From: Piedraia hortae CBS 480.64
Taxonomy: Eukaryota
Reading direction: 5' to 3'
Assembly (NCBI GenBank): GCA_010093745.1
Contig: MU005990.1
Span: forward strand, 124,001 to 180,942
DNA: 56,942 nt
The notes below the pieces were generated by a model that saw only the letters and a program-made list of their open reading frames with translations, was not told the DNA's origin and made no database searches. Positions 10,778 to 22,449 of this stretch are shown here, piece after piece; the first letter of the stretch is position 1, and each line of letters opens with the position of its first letter. The translations under genes and the position numbers were made by a program.

Positions 10778-12206
10778 TCACTCGCCTCTCCGCCTCTTCA
10801 ACAGCGTCGGCTCGGCAGCGAGGCTGTTCTTCTGCAGGACGTCGCCAAGCTGTGAGAAAGTGTGACCGTCGACACAGCGGACGCCCAGCGGAGACTCAAT
10901 TTCCCGCCAACTGCCCCGTTTGCCTCTGGAGCTCCCTTCGCCCCACATGCTCAGCCGCTGTACTTTGCGCAGCTTCCGCAGCCCGTACACGCAGGCGGCG
11001 AGTCCTAGGATGGTGGAAAAAACAGAAACTCCGGCAAAGCCCGCGGAGCTGTTTTCTATAAAGTTCTCGAGGTTCATGCCGTACAGAGCGGCAACAAACA
11101 TGCTGGCAGAGATGGCCAGCGTTCCGATGCTGAACTTGAGGTCCAACAGCATCAGTGCGTTGCGGTTCGCGTCGAGGATGGCGCGCACAATCTCCTCGGT
11201 GTTGCGAATGGACGATACAAGATTGCTGGACACCTGCACAATCTCGTCGGCTACCTTGTGGTACGACTCTAGCAGCAGCTCGACCTCGCCGTGGTTTGCC
11301 TCGTCCCGCTCTTTGCCGGCCTCCTTCTCTGTCAGGTACATGGCGGCGAGATCATCATCCGCATCCAGCACATCGTCGAGGGCGTCGCGGAACAGCCGCG
11401 CCTTTTGCTCAAAGGTACCCAGCTTCTTGCTGTAGATGAGCAGATGGCGCAGTTTGTCGCGGTCTATGTCCTCCTCCAGCTCACGCAGCACGCGCACCAC
11501 GGGCTCGCGCACACCGACAAACTCGCTCTCCAGACTCGTCGTGCCCGAGATCAGTACCGCCTCCAGTGCGCGAAACTCGTACGGTAGCCCGCCGTCGCCC
11601 GCTGTACTGTTCTGGCTCAGCTTGGCCTCCAGATCATACATGAACTGACTCTGCGCATACGAGTCGGTCGAGCCGTACACGTCAAACACCAATACGCGAC
11701 GTGCTTGGATTAGACAGCGGATGTGGAGCAGATTAACAACGATTGATGACGGCCGGATCAGGATATGCGGCAGGACTGAAGAGTCAATTTTCCGGAGGTC
11801 GCGCGGCAAAAGGGAGTACTGCGTCTGTTAGTTTTTTGATCTCGCTGCAATCCTGATCCGTCTTACTCACTTTCGCGATCAGCTCGCTCTTCTTGAACTC
11901 GCCGTTGACCATTGTTACTTGACCATTCTCGTCAAACTCGGTACATCGCAGCTTCAGCTCATTGCTGGGCTTAGTTATTCGTCCGCCGAGCCCGGAATGG
12001 TCGTCAATGAAGCCGTGCAACGACGGCAGATCGCCTGACCGTAGCGGTTTCCGCGCCACCGGCTTTTGCGCCGCCCATCCGATTGAAAACGGCCGCAAGA
12101 ACGGACGTCGAGAACAACGAGCCCACCGTGGAGGCTCCGAACGGGCTTGGGCATCCAGCTGGCAGCGTAGAAAGCGCAAGAGGCTTCTCGACGGTACGCG
12201 CGCCAT
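10778..12206 (-). CDS. MRS2: Mitochondrial CorA-family Mg2+ transporter (MRS2/LPE10); exons 12206-11871, 11818-10778
   Basis: LRCTEFDENG...FKKSELIAK|YSLLPRDLRKID, LPYEFRALEAVL, ELLLESY and the GMN motif (LYGMNLENF). Arg-rich presequence. Intron 11870-11819 (GTGAGT...CTAAC...CAG). MRS2 versus LPE10 orthology is not resolved. Confidence 0.9.
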
Positions 12207-12460
12207 CGGGCAAGTGGAAGTGTCTGGGGGACAGTTAACACGCAAAAAGTCGGCGGTTGCACTTCTGATGCGTCGTTTGAGCTGCCAAAATCCTCCTCGC
12301 ACTTCAGCGATCGGTTTTACGCGTCTCAATCGGTCAGTATGGCGCCATATGTCGTCACTGCGCTAGCGTGTTCGGACGCGGGATGGGCCGCCGCCGGACG
12401 ATTTGGTTAATCGGACACAGGATGGCCATCAATGTACATAGGATACAGTCCAAGCAGCCA

Positions 12461-13449
12461 CTACATAACTCTTTGCACTGCCTTCATTGCCCGCTCATAC
12501 GTCCACATGGTGATGGCGCTCGCCGGTACCGCCTTCGACATTCCCACTGCGTATCCGCGGTAGAGCGCCCGCCATCCCTCCCTCCTTGTGATGGTCAGCG
12601 CCGTTTTTACAACACCATTCTCATAGTCTGGCATCCGTTCTCCACCTACGTATCTGCTCCGAGTCGGCCCTTGGATCTGGAGACGTTTCCGCACCGTATC
12701 GAGCGGAAAGACAGCCGACTTGCTAACAACGCTGGCCACAACAGCGGCAACCGCGTCCCCCGAACCAAACGGTAGCTCGGCTTCAGCAAGTGCAGGCTTC
12801 AATCCTTCATAGGTGGTGAACAGCAAGCCCATGTAAGGAACAATCTGGCCGACAGCCGCATTCAGTCCTCGAAAAAACCCCGGAGGGCCCTCAGTCCTGA
12901 AAATCTCTCGCACACCGAGTACGAGACCATCGTAGATCCTGTCGGCACCCTGAGCCGCAAACCGAGTCCGAAGTAGGTCCAGCGGGTAGGTAGCTGCTGT
13001 AGCCGCCGTTCCTGCCACAGCACCGGCCACAAAGCTCCTCACCGGTCCGGGAATCCACCGCTCTCCCGCCAGTCGATCAAGTGCCTGGTTCGTAGTCCTG
13101 TAGGCTAGGAACTGCACAGCACTGTAGCCAAGATAGAGGCCTTCCGCGGGTATATTCCCCTTCCAGAACCCGCGTATGCCCTCGTTGCGAAGGATGTCTC
13201 TTACAATCTCCGTAACTCCAGCCGCAGTCGGGGTAGTTCGTAAGGACGCCTCGCTGAGGGAGTGGAAGTGCAGCTGCAGTCGAATCTTCAGCACGTCGAG
13301 AGGTGCGATGCAAAACCGGGTTACTACGCCCGCCGTCGCTCCCGCGATGACCACTTGTGCGCGTGTGCCCTATGTCATGTTAGTTTGCTGGACCGGTGGT
13401 TGTGGCTTCATCTTGCCTCGTCGCGCAGCGCATCAACTTTCGCAGACAT
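12461..13449 (-). CDS. TPC1: Mitochondrial thiamine pyrophosphate carrier; exons 13449-13417, 13369-12461
   Basis: Three carrier repeats ([38 protein letters not shown]) and FWKGNIPAE. The N-terminus [18 protein letters not shown] is restored by a GC-AG intron. Confidence 0.9.
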
Positions 13450-15259
13450 ACATCTAGCGAGCCTTGTAGAGATGGTCGTAGATCGGGTCAAAGGGGTTGG
13501 TGAATGGGGCTTCCGCTGTCACTCAAGTCGCAGTCGACGGAGGGAAGGGCACTAGTGCGGATCAGGCTTGGCGCTGAACTTTTGCATGAACCATCTCTTG
13601 GCACACGGTCGGATTTTGCGAATGAGATTGTGAAAGATGAGAATGAGGTATGTCTTTGGTGAATTGAAGCTTTGCATTTGTTACGTAAACATGCGTGTTC
13701 TGCATGGTCACAGTGCTATCGGTACCGAGAATGTCGACCAAAGAAGCTTTTACTGATTCTTGGCCGGTCGTCAATCCCCATGAATAGTTGTCCATAACCT
13801 GTTATACATTATGCGTCCTTGGCCTTCATTGATCTACAGATATCAGAGGCCATTTGTGAGCATGGAGGTCGTCGAACTGTTTCCGAAGCTTAGTATCCGT
13901 GAGGAACGTAACAATCTTGCTTTACCACCATAATGTGTTTGCTTTATCGCTCTTCAAAAAGCTTCCAGCTTCGAGATATCTGCACCATAGCTGTCAAAGC
14001 CTCCAACCCTGCGTAGCTCTGATACGTGCATGGGACGATTATGTGCCCGAATCGTTGCGACTCACTTAAGCTTGCTCAAGTACAGGCCCAAAAATTTCGC
14101 TCTAAGCATCGGTATATGGAAGGGTAGATGCAGTCTAGTTTTGTTCGTCCATATGATCATCTCAAACCGGAGGCAGGACCGATGCGCATGAGCAACTACC
14201 GAGAAACTTCGCAGATCAGGTAATTCTTGGCCTGATGTGTTGCACTGAAGTTCGTATTTTCGTAATGATGATGTTGTGGATTTCAGAACCATCGCCAGAT
14301 TTAGGAGTAATGATTTGTATTGTTCGTCCAGGGAATGAGCCAGGACATATGGTTTGTACCGTACCACAGTTTGAAGAGGACATGTTAGGATGATAGGCGG
14401 CAACTCATTTGCCTTATAGAACTGAGTTCAAATTCAGCTCAATTGGTGTCAATTGTACGTGGCGAACCAGTCCCGGTTGAGCTCATGAGATTTCAATGCC
14501 AACAAGGTGCCAGAGTGCCCAGAGGGTAGTTGCATTTGTGCTCCAGGATAGGCCGTCTCATGCTTTGAACAAAAATAACCAACAGCACTCCAGTGGCTCA
14601 AATACTGAGCCTCGAAACGTTCAGGTAGTAGGGTTTGTGCGGCCCCACAGGTCTTGGCGTTAGTACAAACCAACCTTTCCAAATGCCAGAAACTGTCCTC
14701 TAGACATGACTTCACGAGGGATGCCTGGGTGCATCGCCAAGCAGGCCATCGCGGATTAAAAAAATTCGGTTACGATGAGAATGGAAGATGCCATTCGGAG
14801 TGCAACTGGATTGAGATCAAAGCTCAATTGCAAAAAGCTCAGGACCACTCCCATCGTGCGATCGACTTGGAATTTTGTCCTGCAGCACGACGCACTCAGA
14901 GAAAGTACTTCCAATACTCCCGCACCTGTAACGTCGTCATTTCACGGTTCCCTCTGCTCCATGAATGCGCTAAACCTAATATGCGACAAACCTGAATGTT
15001 GCCCTGACAACCGGTTCCTAGCGCGTCACGCAGCCGCGAACTTCGACACAGGTCAACCACCAGCACCGGCGACTGAATATTTGGATAAGTACGCTGTTGG
15101 ATCCTTTAACGCGCATTAATATGGACATCACGACTCAATAATTGTAACACTTTCGATATCTAACGACAACGACATACCCCTACGATAACAAAACAGCCGG
15201 GCAGCACGTAAACAAATCGGCAAGAACGACCACGAGAGTTTAGTAAGGAAGAAGACACC

Positions 15260-17839
15260 ATGGCTGCCGTCGCCCAGTCAATGCGACCGCAGCTTCAGCG
15301 GTATTCTCCACCGCGCGCCTCTCACCAGGATGGTCCAAAAGGCATGCCCAACTTCAAACCCTTTGAGCTGGACGACAGCGATTCGGATCTTGGAACCCCG
15401 CCGGCGCCCAAATTTTCCTTGGAGACAAATAAACTGTTGGCGGGAAAGTCGGCGCATTCGTCGCCGTCCAGGTTGGCGGCAGATGCTCCATATTCGCCTT
15501 CCAACAGGTCAAGCAGAACCGGCCGCGAGAGCCCCGGAAAGATTAAGATCCTGAGAAACAGCCCGAAGAATGAGAATACAACACCAGCAAGGATAGTTCA
15601 GGTCGGCACCAAAAGCTCGGGATCGTTGCTAAGGAGCAAGTCGATCACTGGGGCATACGGACGCCGCTTTCCTTCGGCAATGGTTGGCGCAGCCACGGCA
15701 GGTCATCACGAAACCCCGGCACCGGCCCCGCGCGCAACGAGAACGAGGGCAAAAGGTGATGATGCTACGCCGCAGGATAGTTTCTTGCGCTTGCATTCTG
15801 TCGAAAGGAACGGGGCTCAGAAAGAGATCACACCACACGATCATAACCAAGGAGAGCATGCGGCACCAGAAGCAGTAGCAAAACAACCGCCGTCTACCAT
15901 TGGCCGTACGAGAAATGTCTCCTCTGACCTTGGGGTCATCACCAGTTCGTTACGATTCAACAAGGCCGGGACCGGCACGCTCTTGAGGAGCGCACCGGTG
16001 CGAAGGGGCCTTCGACAACGTGTGAGCGGCGACAGCGTCTCTCCCGCCGACGAAGGTCCCGGTGTATCCTCGATGGATGTGGACCAATCTGCTATATCCG
16101 GCGTGGGCGCCCGCAGCAACCCTGTTGCATCCAGAGAACCTTCTGCAGAGCCGATATCTGTGCACGATTTTGCACCCCAGGCGCGTCTATCCCAACCAGC
16201 GCGGAGACCACAACGATACCGTTCACGGAGCCAATTAAGAGATACTTCAAGGCCGGCTTCACGACAAGATGCCCCAGAGAGTGGACAATCCAGCTTCGTC
16301 GAGCCAGCAAAGGATGCATCCGGCGTGGAACATCTCAGTACTCAAGCGAGACGGCTGAGTATCAGCCGCGATGCACCCAAGCAGCAGTCAGAGTCTAAAG
16401 GCTTGTTGAGCTTATCTCGAATCAACAGAGGCCACTATCGCTATGCCTCTGCAGAAGTTGAGACGTCCGAGAACCAAGAGAACCTGCCACCGCCGACGTT
16501 CAAACGCAACAGGGACCAGGTCATCAGCTATCTTGGCCGGCCACCGATCTCCAAAGGTGGAGAAAATCCGAAGCAGCAGGCAGAGGCAGAGACGCCACTC
16601 CAACATCAACAGCCAGACCGCAAAGTCCTGGGCACAATGAGCAATAACACACCTCATCGGCTGGCGCCGGCTCCGCCGCCAAAGATGTCGGTGTTGGAGA
16701 CCGCCACGGCTACAGCAGGGGCGAGTGTGACCAAATCGAGAAAGAAGCGGTCGCACATGGTCGTCAACGGCAAAATTCTCACGCAAATGGGTCGCCTCGG
16801 TCGCGGAGGTTCCAGCGATGTCTTTCTAGTCATGGCGGAGAACTTCAAGACGTTTGCTTTGAAACGGGTGAAGCTGGACGACATCGACCCGTCGACTTTG
16901 CGAGGCTACAAGGGCGAAATCCATCTCCTCGAGCGGTTGAAGAACGTGGAGCGAGTTGTTAGTCTGTATGACTGGGAGATGAACAACTCCAAAAACGAGT
17001 TGCTTGTGCTGATGGAGAAGGGCGAGACGGACCTCAACCGACTGCTAACGACGCACTTGGGCGGGCAGGACGACAAGTTCGACAACTGCTTTACACGACA
17101 CTACTGGCGAGAGATGTTGGAATGTGTCAAGGCCGTACACGAACACGACATTGTGCACTCTGACTTGAAGCCCGCAAACTTTTTACTGGTATCGGGCCGC
17201 CTGAAGCTGATTGACTTTGGCATCGCCAACGCAATCGACACAGACAACACGGTCAACGTGCACCGCGACACCCACGTCGGCACACCAAACTACATGTCGC
17301 CCGAGAGCATCACCGACACGAACAGCACATCCCGCCGACCAGGCGTACCTGGCAAGGACGAAAACGGACAGCCCTTGGCAAAAGACATCAAGATCGGCAA
17401 AGCGTCGGACGTCTGGTCATTGGGCTGCATTCTGTATCAGATGACTTATGGACGACCGCCGTTCGCGCACATTGCGAACCACATTTCGCGCATCTTGGCA
17501 ATCACCAACCCGGCGCACGTAATTGAGTTTCCAGACGCGGGCATCGGCGGGGCGCCAATCCCGCCTTTTCTCCAGTTTACGCTTAGGAAATGTCTCAACA
17601 GGGATCCTGATAAGAGGCCAACGGTTGCAGAGCTGCTGGAAGACTCGGACAGGTTTCTACATCCGGATGACAGGCCCGGCACCGTGCTCATGACAGAGGA
17701 ATTGATGACGCAGCTAATTCAACGCATCGTAGCGAGGTGTAAAGATACTGAGAGGGGCTGGCCGACTGATGAAGAACTTTCAGTCTACCCCAGGACTTTT
17801 ATAGCAAAGATCAGGGACATGCAGAGGGCGAGCGGGTGA
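15260..17839 (+). CDS. MPS1: Mps1/TTK spindle-checkpoint kinase
   Basis: Long disordered N-terminus. Kinase domain with GRGGSSDV, GYKGEI.LL..L, HSDLKPANFLLVSGRLKLIDFGIANAI, GTPNYMSPE, SDVWSLGCILYQMTYGRPPF. Confidence 0.93.
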   Translation: MAAVAQSMRPQLQRYSPPRASHQDGPKGMPNFKPFELDDSDSDLGTPPAPKFSLETNKLLAGKSAHSSPSRLAADAPYSPSNRSSRTGRESPGKIKILRNSPKNENTTPARIVQVGTKSSGSLLRSKSITGAYGRRFPSAMVGAATAGHHETPAPAPRATRTRAKGDDATPQDSFLRLHSVERNGAQKEITPHDHNQGEHAAPEAVAKQPPSTIGRTRNVSSDLGVITSSLRFNKAGTGTLLRSAPVRRGLRQRVSGDSVSPADEGPGVSSMDVDQSAISGVGARSNPVASREPSAEPISVHDFAPQARLSQPARRPQRYRSRSQLRDTSRPASRQDAPESGQSSFVEPAKDASGVEHLSTQARRLSISRDAPKQQSESKGLLSLSRINRGHYRYASAEVETSENQENLPPPTFKRNRDQVISYLGRPPISKGGENPKQQAEAETPLQHQQPDRKVLGTMSNNTPHRLAPAPPPKMSVLETATATAGASVTKSRKKRSHMVVNGKILTQMGRLGRGGSSDVFLVMAENFKTFALKRVKLDDIDPSTLRGYKGEIHLLERLKNVERVVSLYDWEMNNSKNELLVLMEKGETDLNRLLTTHLGGQDDKFDNCFTRHYWREMLECVKAVHEHDIVHSDLKPANFLLVSGRLKLIDFGIANAIDTDNTVNVHRDTHVGTPNYMSPESITDTNSTSRRPGVPGKDENGQPLAKDIKIGKASDVWSLGCILYQMTYGRPPFAHIANHISRILAITNPAHVIEFPDAGIGGAPIPPFLQFTLRKCLNRDPDKRPTVAELLEDSDRFLHPDDRPGTVLMTEELMTQLIQRIVARCKDTERGWPTDEELSVYPRTFIAKIRDMQRASG

Positions 17840-18074
17840 ATCGGATTCTTTGCATTATTTTTTGGGTAATGCTACTTTAGCGTTGACGTTTGTATGGATA
17901 CCCAGAGTAACAAAGATTGTTTCTTTTCCATTGTTGAATTTGTTCGATTGGAGGTGCATCCACCAATCAGCTGGCTAGAGGGTGGGGATCATGTAAGGGA
18001 CGCTTGGCAGCATCTGTCACGGCTCTACCCGAGTGCTCGAACGCTGTTTGGTATATCGCAGCTTTGCCAAAGAC

Positions 18075-18733
18075 ATGGCAGAAGCAGAGAGTACACCCGC
18101 ATCTTCGAATGAAGAAGCAAGGCCGCCGAAGCAGGTCATATACTGCGGCATTTGCAGCCTCCCACCCGAAGTAGGTACGCACTGAAAAATGTGTCTCCAC
18201 GGCCTAATTGTCCTTGGGTGCTTACGTTTGGACAGTATTGCACATACGGCGGCACGACGAAGAAATGCAGCGAATGGCTAGAACAAAACCACGCGGACTT
18301 GTACAAGGCGCTTTACTCCGCCGACAGCGCTGCTGAAGGACTATCAACTCTGTCGGTTGATGCGCAGAAGCGCGCAGAGCGGGACGCGGCCAAAAAGGCG
18401 GCCAAGGCGGAAGCGGCTGAGCAACGAGAGACGGAGAAGCGAGCAGCCAGCAGGGTGCTAGTCCGCCGCGTCGAGCGCAGCAAGAGGAAATGCGCGACTG
18501 AGATCTCCGGTCTGGACCACTTCGGCCTCGACCTCAAGAAAACGGCCAAGGAGCTCGGCAAGAAATTCGCTACAGGTAGCAGCGTGACAAAGAACGCTGC
18601 GGGCACAGGAGAAGAAATCACCATACAAGGTGATGTGGGAGCAGATGTGGTTGACTGGATCTCGGAACATTGTCCTCAAGTGCCGGATGAGAATGTCGAA
18701 ATGGTTGAGGACAAGAAAAAGAAGAACGGGTAG
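18075..18733 (+). CDS. TMA22: Translation reinitiation factor Tma22/DENR (SUI1 domain); exons 18075-18170, 18236-18733
   Basis: YCGICSLPPE|YC zinc motif spans intron 18171-18235. Also KKFATGSSVTK and EITIQGD. Confidence 0.93.
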
Positions 18734-18969
18734 AGATTGTGATTGTGCTGGGCTATTCAAGGCTGCGTGACAGCACCGATAAAGAGCCATGAAGTGATGA
18801 ATTCTGTCTGTGGTGCGCTGACGTCATGCCCGCGAACGAGATTTCCCGCTGACGTAACACGCGTGGAGCCCCCACGTAATTCCCAATTCGTGCTTAGCGC
18901 CCGCTCGGTTTGCAAGTCTGCCAACCCCCGGTGACGCTGTCATTGCACTTGACAGCTGCTGTTCACAGC

Positions 18970-21900
18970 ATGTCGTTTGTCGATGTGTGTCGCGCGAGCT
19001 ACGACTACGCGCCGCAGACAGACGAAGAGTTGACGGTCGCCGAGGGCGATTTGCTCCTCGTGCTAGAAAAAGACGAGGATGACTGGTGGAAATGCAAGAA
19101 GAAGGCGGCCACCGACGATGACGATGAGCCCGAGGGCCTCGTACCGGCCAACTATGTGGAGAAGGTGCAGCCAATCAGCCATGCCCGCGCACTCTACGAC
19201 TACGCGCAGCAGACGGACGAAGAGTTGAGCTTTCAGGAAGAGGATCTGCTGGACGTGTATGATGATAGCGACACCGACTGGACGCTGGTGGGTGCTGGGG
19301 GTCACTACGGGTTTGCGCCGGCCATCTACATTGAGGTCACGGGAGCTCCAACTGCGACGGTCGCATCTCCGCCCGCGCCAGGACCTGCACCCGCCCCTGT
19401 TCCCGCCCTGGTCTTACAGGAACGCGCCATGGCACCGCTGCCGATCATTCCCAAACAGCCACCGGCTGACGAACCGCTTCCCGGCGAGGCCGACTACCCA
19501 AGTCGTGGCCAGATCCCGAGTACGGCGCACAGTGCGGCTGCAGCAAGCCCGGCAGCGAACCTGGCCAAGGTAATCGCGCAGAAAACGGGAGATATGGACG
19601 TCCCTGCAACTGCAAGCCGTGGTTTAGCATCGCCTCCGCTGCCAGCTCGGCCACCGGGTTCGGCAGAGACAGGAGAGAGCGAGGACGAGGTGCCTCCACC
19701 CAAACCGCAGCGGCCGCAGTCGCAGCTCCAGTCTCCACAGCTGCCAAAACGTCCTTCCCGCCAGCACCCGGGAGTCCGAACAAGCCTTGTCAGGCACAAC
19801 GAGGATGTTCCGCGCAGTCCCAGTGGGTATCATCTATACAACATCCACGAGATGGTGTCGTCGATGGGCAAAAGCAAGAAGGTGGCCATGGTTCTCGGAA
19901 TCAATATTGCCAAGGGCGTTATCATGATTGAGCCGGAGAAGAGCCGCAACGGATCGCCGATTGAGTGGACAGCAGAGAAACTGAAGCACTACAGCATAGA
20001 GGGGAAACACGTCTTCATTGATCTCGTGCAACCCGGAAAGAGCGTTGACTTCCACGCCGGCTCCAAGGACACGGCCCAGGAGATTGTAGCGCATCTGGGC
20101 GAGCTTGCGGGGGCTGTACGGGCCGAGGGTCTGCGGGAAGTGTGGGCAGCCAGCGCTGGCACCGGCACCGGCACCAAGAAGAAAGGGCTCATGCTGTACG
20201 AATTTGCTGCACAGGGCGATGACGAGGTCACAGTAGCTGCCGACGATGAAGTCATCGTACTAGACGACAAGAAGTCGGACGAGTGGTGGATGGTGCGGCG
20301 AGTTAAGAACGGCAAGGAGGGCGTTGTGCCGGCGAGTTATGTTGAAATCACGGGTTTGCTCAGCGGCACAGAAGCCATTCCGGGGCTCCACGCTGCCAAG
20401 AGCACCGTAGAGCAGAACCGGATGGAAGAAGCAAGGCTGGTGCGTGAGGCGACCAAGAACAAATCAAAGGAAACATCCATCCCGCAGCGCGGCAGCAGTC
20501 TCGCAGATGAGCCCAAGGAGTCACGGCAGAAGACGAAGCCGAATCAGGCGCGAGTCCGAACATGGACCGACCGCACAGGTACCTTTAAGGTCGAGGCCGA
20601 GTTTCTTGCTCTGCGGGATCGTAAGATTCATCTTCATAAGCAAAACGGCGTCAGGATCGCGGTCCCTGTTGACAAAATGGCGCTCGATGATATCGAATAT
20701 GTTGAACGAGTCACGGGCACCACTTTGGATGACGAGAAGCCCATTGGAATTATTCAACGGAGGCTCACAGAGAAGAAAAAGAAGGAAGAGGAGTCGCACA
20801 GGGCACAACCAAAGGTCGGGGCCAGTGTGCAGAACAAGCACGAAGAGTACTGGTTCGATTTCTTCCTAACGTGCGGCGTCAATCCTCAAATTTGCCAGCG
20901 GTACGCTACGTCGTTTTCCAATGACCAAATGACGCCCGACGTGTTACCGGAGGTGAATGAGCAGCTGCTGCGCACGCTGGGGCTGAAGGAAGGAGACATT
21001 CTGCGCGTCATGAAGCACTTGGATAACAAGTTCGATCGCAAGAAGTCTGCGGCGGGACCAGAGGGAGAAGGTGGACTGTTCAGCGGCCCTGGAGGCGCGT
21101 TGAAGAATAATACAACCAAAGGAAGACCTGCTCCGGCTGTGAGGGCGGCGGATACCGTCTCAGACGATGCCTTCAAGCCACGCGAGCTGGAGAAGGCTGC
21201 AGCGGGTGGCTTTGACGACAGTGCTTGGGATGTTAAACCCGCTAAGAGCGAGCCACCAAAGCCCGAGCCGTCGAGGCCGAATGTTGATCTGTTATCGTCT
21301 ATACTGACCCCACTCGAGCCCGAGAAGCCAGCTCCCGTCACTACAGCTCCTCCTGCTACTACTAGTGCTCCTGCCGTAGCCGCTCCTACGCAACCTTCAC
21401 AGCCACAGGGCGCTGATCAGGCTCTGTTTGACAAGATTGCGGCGCTGGCACCTGCTAACAGGCCGAAACCGCAGCCTCAACAGGCCACGCCTACGGGGCT
21501 GGCGCCCATGACAACAACGGGTATGGTGCCTCCTCGAGCAGCCAGTGCGCCAGGCGTCCCACCGCCAATGGGCGGGCAGTTTGGACCGCAGTTACAGCCT
21601 CAGCTGACTGGACATCCGGCCATGTACAGTCAACCGCAACAATTCACTGGTTACAACTCTACTCAGGCTATGCCGCAAAACTATCCTCCGTTGCAGCCGC
21701 AGCCTACAGGTCTATCTTTCCAACCCGCCAGTTCATTTGGCCAACAACAGGCCATGCAGCAATATCCTCAGCCGACTGGCTTCCAGCAGCCGAGCTATCA
21801 ACAGCAACTGATCAACGGTGCCCAAGCAAACTCGCCTTTTGCGGACCCGAATCCCCGTCAGTCGTTCCATCCTATGCCGACGGGTATGGCTGGAATGAAT

Positions 21901-22207
21901 CCAACTGGATTCCAGCAGCAGCCTAGCTTCAACATCTCACAGCCTACTGGTCTCGCACCACAGCCTTCGATGCCACAGTTACCGCCTCAACAAACGGGCG
22001 GTGTGTTCGGACCCGGTCAGCCTGTGCAGCCTCTTATGCCGCAGAAGACTGGACCCGCGCCGCCCGTGCGATTTGGGGTCTCGTCCACTCCGCTAGCACC
22101 GCAGCCAACTGGTCGGGCAAACCTTGCGAAAGCTAGTGAGTCATTTCCCTTGTCTACAGTAACGAAGCTGACCCAAGACAGCGCCGCAGAACCCATTTGG
22201 CTTTTAG
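18970..22207 (+). CDS. SLA1: Endocytic adaptor Sla1; terminal intron 22136-22181
   Basis: Three SH3 domains, SHD1 (VRTWTDRTGTFKVEAEF), SHD2/SAM (WFDFFLTCGV...LGLKEGDILRVM) and PQxTG repeats. Splicing gives the conserved C-terminus RANLAKATPQNPFGF. Confidence 0.95.
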
Positions 22208-22449
22208 AAGTAGCAGTAATGAACAATGTTGTCTTAGAATACTACATATTCCATAACATCGCGCAGGTGCACCGCCAAAATCATGAAAGAGAAGATCACC
22301 ATTAAGGACTTGGGCCCCCAAAACAAACTTTGCCACTGTAGAAGGAACCCTGGCAACGTGCGACGGGCATGTCATATGTAAGTGGCAAGTCTGAGTCTGA
22401 TGTTGTCATCGTTTCAACTTCTCTTTTCCTTTAACGCCACCCTATCAAA

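Noticed and set aside
22208..22305. ORF-track C-terminal extension of SLA1
   Set aside because: Artefact of the unspliced intron 22136-22181. Splicing gives the conserved NPFGF end at 22207.
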